Part shown: one piece after another, positions 24,590 through 35,410 of the stretch
How positions within the stretch are numbered: the stretch's first letter is position 1
How the letters are laid out: the number at the start of each line of letters is the position of its first letter
Assembly (NCBI RefSeq): GCF_044704955.1
Contig: NC_091977.1
Coordinates: 304,916,001 to 304,980,000, forward strand
Origin: Pristiophorus japonicus
Taxonomy: Eukaryota
Reading direction: 5' to 3'
Length of the DNA stretch: 64,000 bases
Made by a program: the position numbers and the translations under genes
Notes under the pieces: model-generated
Told to the model about the DNA's origin: nothing
What the model saw: only the letters and a program-made list of their open reading frames with translations
Database searches by the model: none

Positions 24590-26269
24590 GGGCTGAAGTT
24601 TCGGGTGGCGTTGCTCCTAGTTTTTTGGAGCAACTATTTTAGTTTGGAGTATGTTAGAAATTGCAATTTTCGGACATTAGTTTGCTCCAGTTCTCGTGAG
24701 TTAGTTTAGGTTGGCTTTAGACGAGGTATTTTTTTTTCAAAAGCGGGTGTGTCCAGCCACTCAGGCCTGTTTTGCAAGTTTCGGCAGTGAAAACTTACTA
24801 CAAACTAACTTAGGATTGAGTAAATGTCCATTTTTGTAAGTTCTGAAAAACCTTACCTAGAGTTAAGTTTATTGCAGGCACAGCCAGAGACGGCGGGTGG
24901 GAAGCATTAAACACAAAGGACACATCAACATCACAACAGGGGGGGGTAAGGGAAGTTCGAGGATTTTCCATAAACACCTTCACAACAACATTAAAGAAGC
25001 AAAGTACATTTAAAGCACTAAGCACTAAACAAAGCAGCACATTTAAAGCACCAAGCACTAAATGAAGCACAAAAAGTAATAAGCAATTAATTAATAAAAA
25101 ATAGAAGGAACCCTGCACCTAAAGCACCAAGACCAAAGTAATAAGCAATCAATCAATAAAAAATAGAAATCCTACTTTTATGTGAAAGGACAGTGTCTCT
25201 GTCAGTGTCTCTCTCTCCGTGTATCTGACGGTGCGGGGCCGGGGGCGGTGCTGTGTGTTGTATGTGTGTGTGTGAGGTGGCGTGTGAGAGGGGGTGCGTG
25301 TGTGGGGTGGGGTGTGGGAGGGGGTGTGTGTGTGGAGTGGGGTGTGGGAGGGGGTATGTGTGTGGGGTGGGGTGTGGGAGGGGGTGTGTGTGTGTGGTGG
25401 TGTGTGGGAGGGGGTGTGTGTGTGGGAGTGGGTGTGTGAGTGGGGTGGGGTGTGGGAGTGGGGTGGGGTGTGGGAGGGGGTGTGTGGGTGGGGTGTGGGA
25501 GGGGGTGTGTGTGTGGAGTGGGGTGTGGGAGGGGGTGTGTGTGTGTGGGGTGGGGTGTGGGAGGGGGTGTGCGTGTGGGAGGGGGTGTGGGAGGGGGTGT
25601 GTGTGTGGAGTGGGGTGTGGAAGGGGGTGTGTGAGTGGGATGGGGTGTGGGAGGGGGTGTGTGTGGGGTGGGGTGTATGTGTGGGGTGGGTTGTGTGTGT
25701 GGGGTGGGGTGTGGGGGTTTTGTGGGGTGGGGTGTGGGGGTTTTGTGGGTGTGGTGGGGTGGGTGTCGGGGGGATGGTGGAAAGGAGGCACCCCTGCTCT
25801 CTCCTCCAGCCCTTCGATCATTTTGAGTGCCCCCGAACCCACGTTCCTCCATCCCTTGCCACGCTCCCCCTCCATCCCTTGCACGCTCCCCCTCCATCCC
25901 TTGCCACACTCCTCCCCCACCGATCACCTCCGCAGTGCCCACCTCCCACACTCCTCCATCCCTCCCCGGTATCCACACCATTCAAACACAGACTGGGGGA
26001 AAAATGCCCTGCCGAGCCATTGCGCAGGCGCGCATGCTCCAACACGCCTGTGCAATGCTGCCGGCACTGACGAGAAGGCTGATCCCTAGCCCCGTCCCCC
26101 CTGCAGGCTGCGATCGGCTTGCTCTGCCCCAGGGAAACTACGCTGCACCACGCCACGCTCCAGGAGGACTGGAGAATTGCTGCAGAATATTCTGCCGCAC
26201 CTTCGAGCCCAGGCAGGTCACGTAAGTCTCGGAGGTGCGCCGTTTTCGCCAGAACCAAAACTTGGGCCT
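24590..26269 (-). mobile_element. Inverted second copy of the same element (right arm)
   Basis: Reverse-complement match to 23158-24588 (the spurious ORFs 24060..24371 and 24810..25118 are near-identical); expanded GT/GGGG block at 25250-25770. Confidence 0.75.
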
Positions 26270-26354
26270 TGTGTAAAGACAATTGTTAGGGCCAGACACA
26301 TCATTCAAACAAGCAACTCCAAAAAGATTTGTTAGGATGAAAAAAATAGACTGC

Positions 26355-26690
26355 CTCTGCAGTGCCACATTTCAAATAAGACGTTAAACCGAGGTCCTGT
26401 CTGCCCTCTCAGGCGGATGTAAAGGATCCCATGGCACTCTTTCAAAGAAGAGCAGGGGAGTTCTCCCCAGTGTTCTGGCCAATATTTATCCCTCATTCAA
26501 CATTATTAAAACCGATTATTTGGTCATTATCACATTGCTGTTGGTGGGAGCTTGCTTTGCACAAATTGGTTGCCGCATTTCCTACTTTACAGCAGTGACT
26601 ACATTTCAAAAATACTTCATTGGCTGCAAAGCGCTTTGAGACATCACGAGGTCGTGAAAAGCGCTATATAACTGCAGGTCTTTCTTTATT
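26355..26690 (+). mobile_element. Deu-domain SINE with L2-type tail (SacSINE1/AmnSINE-like)
   Basis: AGACGTTAAACCGAGG...GATCCCATGGCACT...GGCCAATATTTATCCCTC core and AAAGCGCTTTG...GCGCTATATAA tail. Confidence 0.75.
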
Positions 26691-27899
26691 ACAAGGAGTC
26701 AGGGAGAGAAGGCACGTAATTCACGGGACTGTTGATCACACCTTCTCTCAGAAGTATCCGGTACATTAAGTATGGGAGGAGCTGGTCGAAAACCTGCAGT
26801 GCCAATTAGCTGCCACAAGCCCTGACATGGTTGACTGGCTTGCAGGTCCTGCCCAACGCACAGCCCAACGAGGTCTAGGGTCTCACTAATTACAGCGAGA
26901 CCCCACAGCCAGCCAGTCTAATTGTTGCTTTCAAAAATACTTAATTGGCTGTAAAGCGCTTTGGGACGTCCGGTGGTCATGAAATGCGCTATATAAATGC
27001 AAGTCTTTCTTTCTTTGACAAGAAAATCACTCACGAAATGAAAGTGAAGTGTCACACATCTAAGCACAAACACCAAGAGGCAGCTGTGTGCCAACCCATG
27101 CTAGCAACATTCACACACAGCGTAATAGAGCTTACTTGAACTTGAACATTGTGCTGTATGTTTTTTTCTACCATTGGTTACACATATAGCAGAAGCCCAA
27201 CAGAGCGTGGCAACAGAGGATGTATGAAAGACGGAGCATGACAATATAGGACATGTTCATTTGGGCACCTTTACTTGGCAGGTGTGGCTTTCCCCTTTAA
27301 AAATGGTATAGTTGTGTACTCCTTCGAAGGCATCTGCCTCACCACTTTTTGTTATTTCTTTTCTGACAATTTTACCATTTTAATCCATCATCGAGCAGCT
27401 TAGTGAGCCCTCTTTTCTTGAAGTGACGGAGCATGCAATAGATAGCAATGATTTCAGAAACCCTGATGGGTAAAGCTGCCCCCCCCCCCCCCCCCCACCC
27501 CAATTAGTTCAGAATCCCAAAGCCATGATAATTCAGCAAGACCTATGTTGTATGTTTGCTCTGCTTCTATCTGGTTGGTGCATGGTGTCACGAGTCATGA
27601 CTGCACAGGTTAGACTTGTTTCCTTGATTGGAGCCATCTTTCCAATTTTTACTCACTTTCAAATAAGGTTGCCACAGCAGATTACTTTAAAATGAAGGCA
27701 TAGCGAGTGCTTCTGGAGAAGCAAGCAATGACCTAATTGATTCAATTCTGGTGGTCGCATGCCAGAGGTCATTTTCCAAGTACTGCTGGCAGTAGGCAAA
27801 GTTCCTAGGAGCCAGTGCATGCTCAGAAAATTACTCCTGGCATGTTCACATTGAGATACAGAAATATGCTTTTCAGATCATTTAAAAAATAAAATGAAA

Positions 27900-28240
27900 T
27901 ACTCGCCTTTATACAGTACTTTTCATGACTTCATGACGTCCCAAACTGCTTTCCAGCCAGTTAAGTGCTTTTGAAGTTGGAAGACTGAGCATGAAAATGT
28001 AGGATAAAGTCATTTGGGCATCTTTACTTAGCAGATGTGATTTTCCCCTTTAAGGAATGGTATAGTTGTGCACCCCTTCGAACATGGCAGCCAATATATG
28101 CACAGCAAGGTCCCACAAACAGCAATGATATAATGACCAGATCATCTGTTTTAGTAATCATGGTTGAGGGATAAATATTGGCCAGGACACCGGTGAGAAT
28201 ACCCCTGCTCTTCTTCAAAATAGTGCCATGGGATTTTATG
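27900..28240 (-). mobile_element. Deu-domain SINE fragment
   Basis: GAGGGATAAATATTGGCCAGG...AGTGCCATGGGAT is the reverse complement of the core at ~26430. Confidence 0.65.
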
Positions 28241-28679
28241 TGAGGAACAGCAATGTGCACTGTGGGGTCTGAATAGCAATATGGGCACAATTGGACTCTA
28301 GTAAAACCAGTATATCTGTAGCGTTGTGTTGTCCTTGCATGTTGCCGCCTTTTGGTCAATAGCAAAAGTGATGAAGTTGTTGGCCCTACCGACAGTGCAA
28401 CTGCGACCTTCATGAGATATCTGTGAGCAGCAAAGTGGCTGATGCTTGCCGTTGTGCCTGTGTGTCACCAACAGCACAGCCAGCCCTTTCCTGCTCATCG
28501 TTGGCCCACCTCTGACAATTCCAGTGCTGGTGGAGCGCTGTAGACAATCCCTGCAGTGTGAAAACAACCTAAAATTTAGAAACAGAAATTGCGGCACCTC
28601 ATTTTAAATGAAGACAGTACCTTTCTGTCGCCCCTCCAGCAATGTCTGTTCCATTTGTGCAAGGTCAATGCTTCATATA

Positions 28680-28875
28680 ATCATAGAAATTTACAACACA
28701 GAAAGAGGCCATTCAGCCCATTGTGTCCGCGCCGGCCGATAAAGAGATATCCAGCCTAATCCCACTTTGCAGCTCTTGGCCCGTAGCCTTGTAGGTTACG
28801 ACACTTCAAGTGCCCATCCAAGTACTTTTTAAATGCTATGAGGGTTTCTGCCTCTACCATCCTTTCAGGCAGAGG
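28680..28875 (-). mobile_element. CR1-type 3' fragment (divergent family)
   Basis: CATAGAAATTTACAACACAGAAAGAGGCCATTCAGCCC tail. Confidence 0.6.
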
Positions 28876-29689
28876 CATCAAACCGCCATTGCAATATGGG
28901 ATGTTTCACTATTAAATGAAGATGGGGTATTGCGTGAATTAAGCATGTTCATACACACTTTACAAATCCTACGAACAGTATAATAAATCACAAAATGGCC
29001 GGGACATGTGGGGGTAAATAACTGATTCTTGGTGGACACTATTGTAGCCAGCTTTATGCTTAGTGCCGACAGCAACAGCTAGGCAACCGTTCTGTTTGTT
29101 CTTTTGATGCCTGTTTCGAAAGGGAACATTCGTGAGGAAAGAAGTTCTTGAAAAACATTCAATTTTTAAAAATCTGCTTTCAATGGAATTTGAAGGGTAA
29201 GATTTAAAAGTCTTATTGCAAGCTTATGTCAAGAATCATTACAAAGTGAAATGTAAAACTGAGGCAGCACGCTGAGTAAATATTGATCTCTTGCATCCGG
29301 GTTGTGAATTCCAACCAGCCTAAAAAAAGAAAAATCACCTCGACGATGATCATTAATGCTGCTACATGAAATTAGTTTAGAGATTTAACCAGTGCACAGT
29401 AGCAGCAAGAACACAGAAAACACATATTTCAGTATAATTGGCATTATTCGGGCAATCTCATGCAGAGAAGCTCTAAAAAAAAAGTTGTGGAAGAAATGGA
29501 AATATGTTGTAACTTTGGGGCTTTGCGTGAAGGCTGATGGCTAAGATGTTTGTTGAGGCAGTGTGTGGATGGGTCATCTCCACACTACAGCAATTTGTTA
29601 TGTATAATAAATTTGAAGAAAGCTTTTTTCGGACAGCAGAAGCTGGTAATGCATCTGCTGTTGCCATTTAAAGCTCCTCTAGACCCAAC

Positions 29690-29950
29690 TTGCCTTTCTT
29701 TACTTGTTCACTTCATTACCACCTCCTTTTGCTTGCACCATCATCCATTTGTAATTTTTCTCCTGCCTTCCACCCTATCGCAGACCGTCCCTTTTGTTAT
29801 TTCCTCCCCTCCCCCTTTCCCTGCCTCTGTACTTGCTTAAAACCTGTTACATCTCTAACTTTTGCCAGTTCCGATAAAAATTTAACCGACCTGAAACGTT
29901 AACTCTGTTTTGCTCTCCACAAATGCTGCCTGACCTGCTGAGTATTTCCA
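29690..29950 (+). mobile_element. Penelope-derived terminal repeat (pLTR) fragment
   Basis: GACCTGAAACGTTAACTCTG...ATGCTGCCTGACCTGCTGAGTATTTCCA; same family as 31680-32135. Confidence 0.6.
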
Positions 29951-30266
29951 CATGCTCAGTTTATATTGGTGAGCTTGCTGTGCTGTTGTGTGCAAGGAGG
30001 GTAAAACATTCCAATTCCTTCATACAGGTTTTTGGATCTTACGAGATTATTTAGCCTTTCACATCTTACTTTTCTCTCACGGGTGAGTTCCAAATATCTA
30101 CATCTTTGAAAGTGCCTTTCATTTATCTGCCGAGGAGAATGAACAGCAAATCCTATTTGATCATTGCTAATAGGTATTGGACTATCTTATACCTCTATAA
30201 GTTTTCACTTCGGTCCTCAAAAGCAGTAAATTGCTTCAATCCTTGTTTTTGAATTGAAGATAATGT

Positions 30267-31071
30267 GGGCAGGATTTTCGGGTTTTGTGGTTTTTGGGCG
30301 AAAACGGTAGCGATACGTGAAAATTACCGTTTTCGCTGCGCTACCATTTTTAGGCCGAACTTTTGGCCTTTGGGGTCTGCACTAGGGCCGGTAAGGGAGG
30401 CGTTCCACGATTATTCGCGGCGCAGCACGCGTGTTTTGGCAACTTTAGTGCGGGGTCGTTTGTGCTGCGAGCGAGGCCTTGGGAGGGGGAGAAAAAAATT
30501 TAAAAATAAAAATTTTAACTTACCTTTTTTGCATGTTTTCGTACTTACCACTGCTGGCAGTGCTGTACTGACAGGTTTTACCACTGCTGGCAGTGCTGTA
30601 CTGACAGGTTTTACCACTGCTGGCAGTGCTGTACTGACAGGTTTTACCACTGCTGGCAGTGCTGTACTGACAGGTTTTACCACTGCTGGCAGTGCTGTAC
30701 TGACAGGTTTTACCACTGCTGGCATTGCTGTACTGACAGGTTTTACCACTGCTGGCAGTGCTGTACTGACAGGTTTTACCACTGCTGGCAGTGCTGTACT
30801 GACAGGTTTTACCACTGCTGGCAGTGCTGTACTGACATGTTTTACCTGTCGCTGTTCTGGGTGCAACGTACGGGTCAGGTGAGTGCCGAAACTCAGACGG
30901 TAACGCAATCCGCGTCGTTACACATCCGCTGCAGTTTTCCTCAACGGTACTTCTCATCGCCACCGCAAACAAGGAGCCGAGAATCCCACCCGGGCTTTGT
31001 GACCGGGTTTTTACCGTGGACAGTCAAAACGCGGTGAATATCCAGTCACAAAACTCTTGAAAATCCAGCCC
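30267..31071. mobile_element. MITE with Harbinger-type TIRs
   Basis: GGGCAGGATTTTC ... GAAAATCCAGCCC terminal inverted repeats. Confidence 0.7.
30547..30846. repeat. 33-bp minisatellite, 9 copies
   Basis: Unit ACCACTGCTGGCAGTGCTGTACTGACAGGTTTT; only two substitutions across the array. Confidence 0.97.
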
Positions 31072-31679
31072 AACAAGGATAATTTAGTAAACAAGTGAAT
31101 TAATCCAACAGCGATACAACACAGTTACATTTTTACAGTAATCTTTTATCTAACTCGAGTACGGATAATAAAAGCCACAATCCAATGCGAAGCTATTCGA
31201 CAGGTGAATGCAGCCCTTTTCTTTTGTTGCAATCTTTTCTGACAGTTGGAATTAGCTTGTTTATTCCTGTGCAGTTTCCATTCTGTTTGACTACTTTCTG
31301 ACAGCTCGAGACAGATCCAGACACTAAACCCTTTCCTCCAGTTGGCATGGATCATCTGAATTTTTCATAACTGACAATCAAATTCAAAACAATTGACTGT
31401 TAAGCATTTAACTGAACAAATGGCACCATCTGTGTGTGTTCAAAGAGTCGTCCCCTCAACTTGACAATTTGGAAGCTAGTTTGAACCATCCTTGCAAACA
31501 TATGTATCATCATAAGTTTGGCACAGAGCTCTGAACTTCATTCTTTGTTTTAAGACTGCTTAAGTAGTGACTGGATTTGAAGGGACAATAATAACTATGG
31601 ACAAAAATAGATAATTTTTGTACACAAGTACAACAAATAATTAAATTACGCCTGCAGTTGATAAAATATTACAGAAAAT

Positions 31680-32135
31680 ATAAAAGCAAAATACTGCAGA
31701 TGCTGGAAATCTGAAATAAAAACTGAAAATACTGGAAATACTCAGGTCAGGCAGCATCTATGGAGAGGGAAACAAAGTTAATGTTTCAGGTTGATGACCT
31801 TTCATCAGAACTGAACGTTAGAGATATAACAGGTTTTAAGCAAGTGTAGGTGTAGGGAAAGGGGGGAGGGGAGTAAAGAACAAAAGGGAAGGTTTGTGAT
31901 ATGGTGGTAGGCAGGAGAAATTAAATGACAAAAGGTTATAATGGTTCAAGGCAAAAGGGAGTGGTAATGGGACAAGTAAAGAAACAAAAGATGAGTCTAG
32001 CAGAGGTGTAAATGGGAATGGCAGAATCAGCAACAGCTGTCATCTGAAAAAAATGGGGGCAGAGGATATGATCTGAAATTTTTGAACTCAATGTGGAGTC
32101 CCGAAGGCTGTAAAGAAAGATGAGGTGCTGTTCTA
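31680..32135 (-). mobile_element. Penelope-derived terminal repeat fragment
   Basis: AAAATACTGCAGATGCTGGAAATCTG...GTTTCAGGTTGATGACCTTTCATCAG; contains a hammerhead-like core. Confidence 0.65.
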
Positions 32136-32474
32136 TGACATAGATTGGAAAAAGAAAGAGGTTCCTTTGAAGGATTATGAGCAGCTATGTAAGGTTACAC
32201 ATAACAAATATTGTGCTTTCTTTTAAATAACATGCATCTTGGATTTTTCCAACGAGCAGCATTGGGGAGGGGGGGGGGTGGGGGGGGAGGGCGGCGGGGG
32301 CGGGCGAGCAGCAGGGTGCACATCATCTCTTTGAAGACTTACATAGGAACAGGAGTAGGCCATTCATCTCGTCGAGCATGTTCCACCATTCCATTAGACC
32401 ATGCCTGATGTGGATAAAATAACACACACACAGCATATCAAATATTGGGTTAACTCGATTGTGATGACGGGTTA

Positions 32475-32790
32475 TCCCTGATAAAGTGCAACATCCCCAC
32501 TGACCACCTGGGAGTCCCTGGCCAAAGACCGCCTTAAGTGGAGGAAAAGCATCCAGGAGGGCGCTGAGCACCTCGAGTCACATCGCCGAGAGAATGCAGA
32601 AACCAAGCACAGGCAGCGGAAAAAGCGTGCAGCAAACCTGTCCCACCTACCCTTTCCCTCAAAAACTATCTGTCCCACCTGTGACAGGGACTGTGGCTCT
32701 CATATTGGACTGTTCAGCTACCTGAGGACTCATTTTAAGAGTGGAAGCAAGTCTTCCTCGATTCCGAGGGATTGCCTATGATAATGATGA
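32475..32790 (+). mobile_element. RTE LINE 3' fragment
   Basis: Matches 10315-10607; short ATG-repeat tail. Confidence 0.9.
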
Positions 32791-34675
32791 TATGAGCAGC
32801 TAGGGGCTAAATTAAAAAGCAGAACCACAAAGGTAATAATCTCTGGATTACTACCTGAGCCACGAGCAAATTTGCATAGGGTAAATAAGATCAGAGAGAT
32901 AAACGCGTGGCTCAAAGATTGGTGTAGGAGAAATGGGTTTCAATTCATGAGGCACTGGTACCAGTACTGGCATAAGAAGGAGCTGTTCTGTCGGGATGGG
33001 CTTCATTTGAACCAGGCTGGGATCAAATAACTAGGGCTGTAGATAGGGCTTTAAATTAATTAGTGGGGGGGAGGGATCCGGTGAGTGGAAATTTAAAAAG
33101 TCAAAGAAAAAGAAGAAGGTAATAGTGCAGGGTAGCAATAAGAGTAATGATAATCAGAATGTGACAAAGGACCCAAAATTCGCCACCATTTAGCTCCAAA
33201 CTTTTGGAGGTATCAGTGATCTTTGGAGCTATCTTAATAGCATTGTGGCTGCGGCAGTGGGCCCTCCCCTTTAAGGGCGGCTGCGCTGCCATCTGCACAC
33301 AGTCTTCAGAGGGTGCACCGGCAGAAAATCCTGCCGGGGGCACCGTGCGGCAGGGGATCGATAGATGAAGGTGAAAATGGCTGGTAAGCATTTTCTTATT
33401 CATTTAATTTGGTGGTTCATCTACTTGGGTGGAATGGGGTCCAGGCCAAAATATCCCCGACCTGAATTTTGATCGGGTCGGCATGTTGACCTCAAAACGG
33501 CGGCCATTCGATTTTTAGGAATGGCCGCCGCAAACGGGCATTAACGGGTTTCTTTGAGACCCTGAATTTAAGCCCTATGGTTGCAAGATGATCAAAGCTG
33601 GGAACTGAATATTCAGGAGTATTTGCCATTTCGGAGGGATGGGCAGAAAAAAAAAAAGAGAGTGGTGGTTGCTCTGTTAATAAAGGATGAGAAATGATAT
33701 TGGCTCAGAAAATCAAGAGGTAGAATCAATTTGGGTGGAGATAAAAAATAATAAAGGAAATAAATCACTGGTGGGAGTAGTCTACAGGCCCCCTAACAGT
33801 AGCCAAACTGTAGGACAGAGTACAAATTAATAAATAATGGAGGCTTGTAAGAAAGGTACGGCAATAATCATGGGTAATTTTAATCTTCATATTGATTGGA
33901 CAATCAAATTGGAAATGGTAGCCTTGAGGAAGAGTTCATAGAGTGTATGCGGGATGGTTTCGTAGAATAATTTTGTGGAACCAACCAGGGAGCAGGCTGC
34001 TTTGGATCTGGTAATGTGTAATGAGACAGGAATAATTTAATGATCTCATTGTAAAGGATCCTCTTGGAGAGAGTGATCATAGCATGGTAGTATTTCAAAT
34101 TCAGTTTGAAGGTGAGAAAGCTAGGTCTCAAACTAGTCCTGAACTTAAATAAAGGCAATTACAAAGGCATGAAGGCAGAGTTGGCTAAAGTGAAAATAAA
34201 TTCAAGGGTAAAACGATAGATAACCAGTGGCAAATATTTATGGAGATATTTTATAACTCTCAGCAAAGATATATTCTAGTGAGAAAGAAAGACTCTATGA
34301 GAAAGATGAAAAATCAGTGGCTAACTAATGAAGTAAAGGATGGTATGAAATTGAAAATAAAGGCATACAATGTTGCGAAGAATAGTGAAAGGGCAGAGGA
34401 TTGGGACATTTTTAGAAACCAGCAAAGGATGACTAAATAAATGATAGAGAGAGAAGATAGTTTATGAGAGTAACCTAGCAAGAGATATAAAAATAGACAT
34501 TAAGAGTTTCTACAGGTATATAAAAAGGAAGAGAGTAGCAAAAGTAAACATTGGTCCCTTAGAGGATGAGACTGGGGAATTAATAATGCTAAACAGCAAA
34601 ATGGCAGAGACATTAAACAAATATTTTGTATTGGTCTTCATGGTAGAAGACACATTAAGCTTCATTGAAACAGTG
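32791..34675 (+). mobile_element. Decayed CR1 (end of ORF1 esterase plus ORF2 endonuclease), interrupted by a MITE at 33169-33575
   Basis: KVIISGLLP, DGLHLN, VGVVYRPPNS, IIMGNFN and SDH motifs. Confidence 0.85.
33169..33575. mobile_element. MITE with imperfect Harbinger-type TIRs
   Basis: GGACCCAAAATTC ... GAATTTAAGCCC. Confidence 0.55.
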
Positions 34676-34679
34676 TAGG

Positions 34680-35410
34680 AGGCTGAGGACGGAGAGGTCA
34701 AAGTGGGAGTGGGGCAGAGAATTAAAGTGACAGGTGACCGGAAGCTCGGGGTCACGCTTATACACTGAATGGAGGTGTTCTGCAAAGTGGTCACCCAATC
34801 TGCATTTGGTCTCCCCAATGTAGAGGAGACCACAACGTGAGCAGCAAATACAGTATACTAAATTGCAAGAGGTACAAGTAAATTGTTATTTCACCTGGAC
34901 GACAGTAAGTGGGGAGGTAAAAGGGCAGGCGTTGGATTTCCCGTACTTGCACAGGAAGGAGCGGTAGGAAGGGGAGTGGGTGTTGGGGGTGATTGAGGAG
35001 TGGAGAAGGGGGTCGTGGATGAACAGTCCCATCGCAATGCTGAAAGGGGAGGCGAAGATGTGTTTGGTGGTGGGATCATGCTGGACGTGGCAAAAATGAC
35101 AGAATTTGATCCGTTAAATGTGGAGGCTGGTGGGGTGGAAGCTGAGGACCCTATCATGGTTCTGGGAGGGAGGGGAAGGTGTGAGAGCAGAAGTGCAGGA
35201 AATGGAATAGACACGGTCAAGGGCCCTGTCAACCACGGTGGAAGGGAATCCTCAATTGAGGAAAAAGGAAGACATATCGGAAGCCCTGTCTGGAAGGTGG
35301 TATCAGAATGGATGTGATGGAGATGGAGAAACTAGGAGAATTGAATAGAATCTTTACAGGAAGCAGGGTGGGAGGAAGTGTAGTCCAGGTAAGTGTGGGA
35401 GTTAGTGGGC
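34680..35410 (-). mobile_element. Penelope-like element, GIY-YIG endonuclease region
   Basis: Minus-strand translation includes LVYCI...GLLYIGETKCRLGDHFAEH. Confidence 0.8.

Noticed and set aside
24060-25118. Pair of hydrophobic ~103-aa ORFs resembling membrane proteins
   Set aside because: They are T-rich MITE interior mirrored by the palindrome, with non-ATG starts.
25153-26089. Long Pro/His/Thr- or Gly/Val/Cys-rich ORFs (also 23277-24029)
   Set aside because: They are translations of GT/CA low-complexity tracts that lack stop codons.
28298-28670. Possible host exon(s) on the minus strand (acceptor-like TTTTAG at ~28570)
   Set aside because: No recognisable protein in any frame and no supported partner exons.
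30547-30846. CRISPR-like array or repeat protein (TTAGSAVLTGF)n
   Set aside because: Units are contiguous with no unique spacers, there are no cas genes and the context is vertebrate. The ORFs are a by-product of a 33-bp unit.
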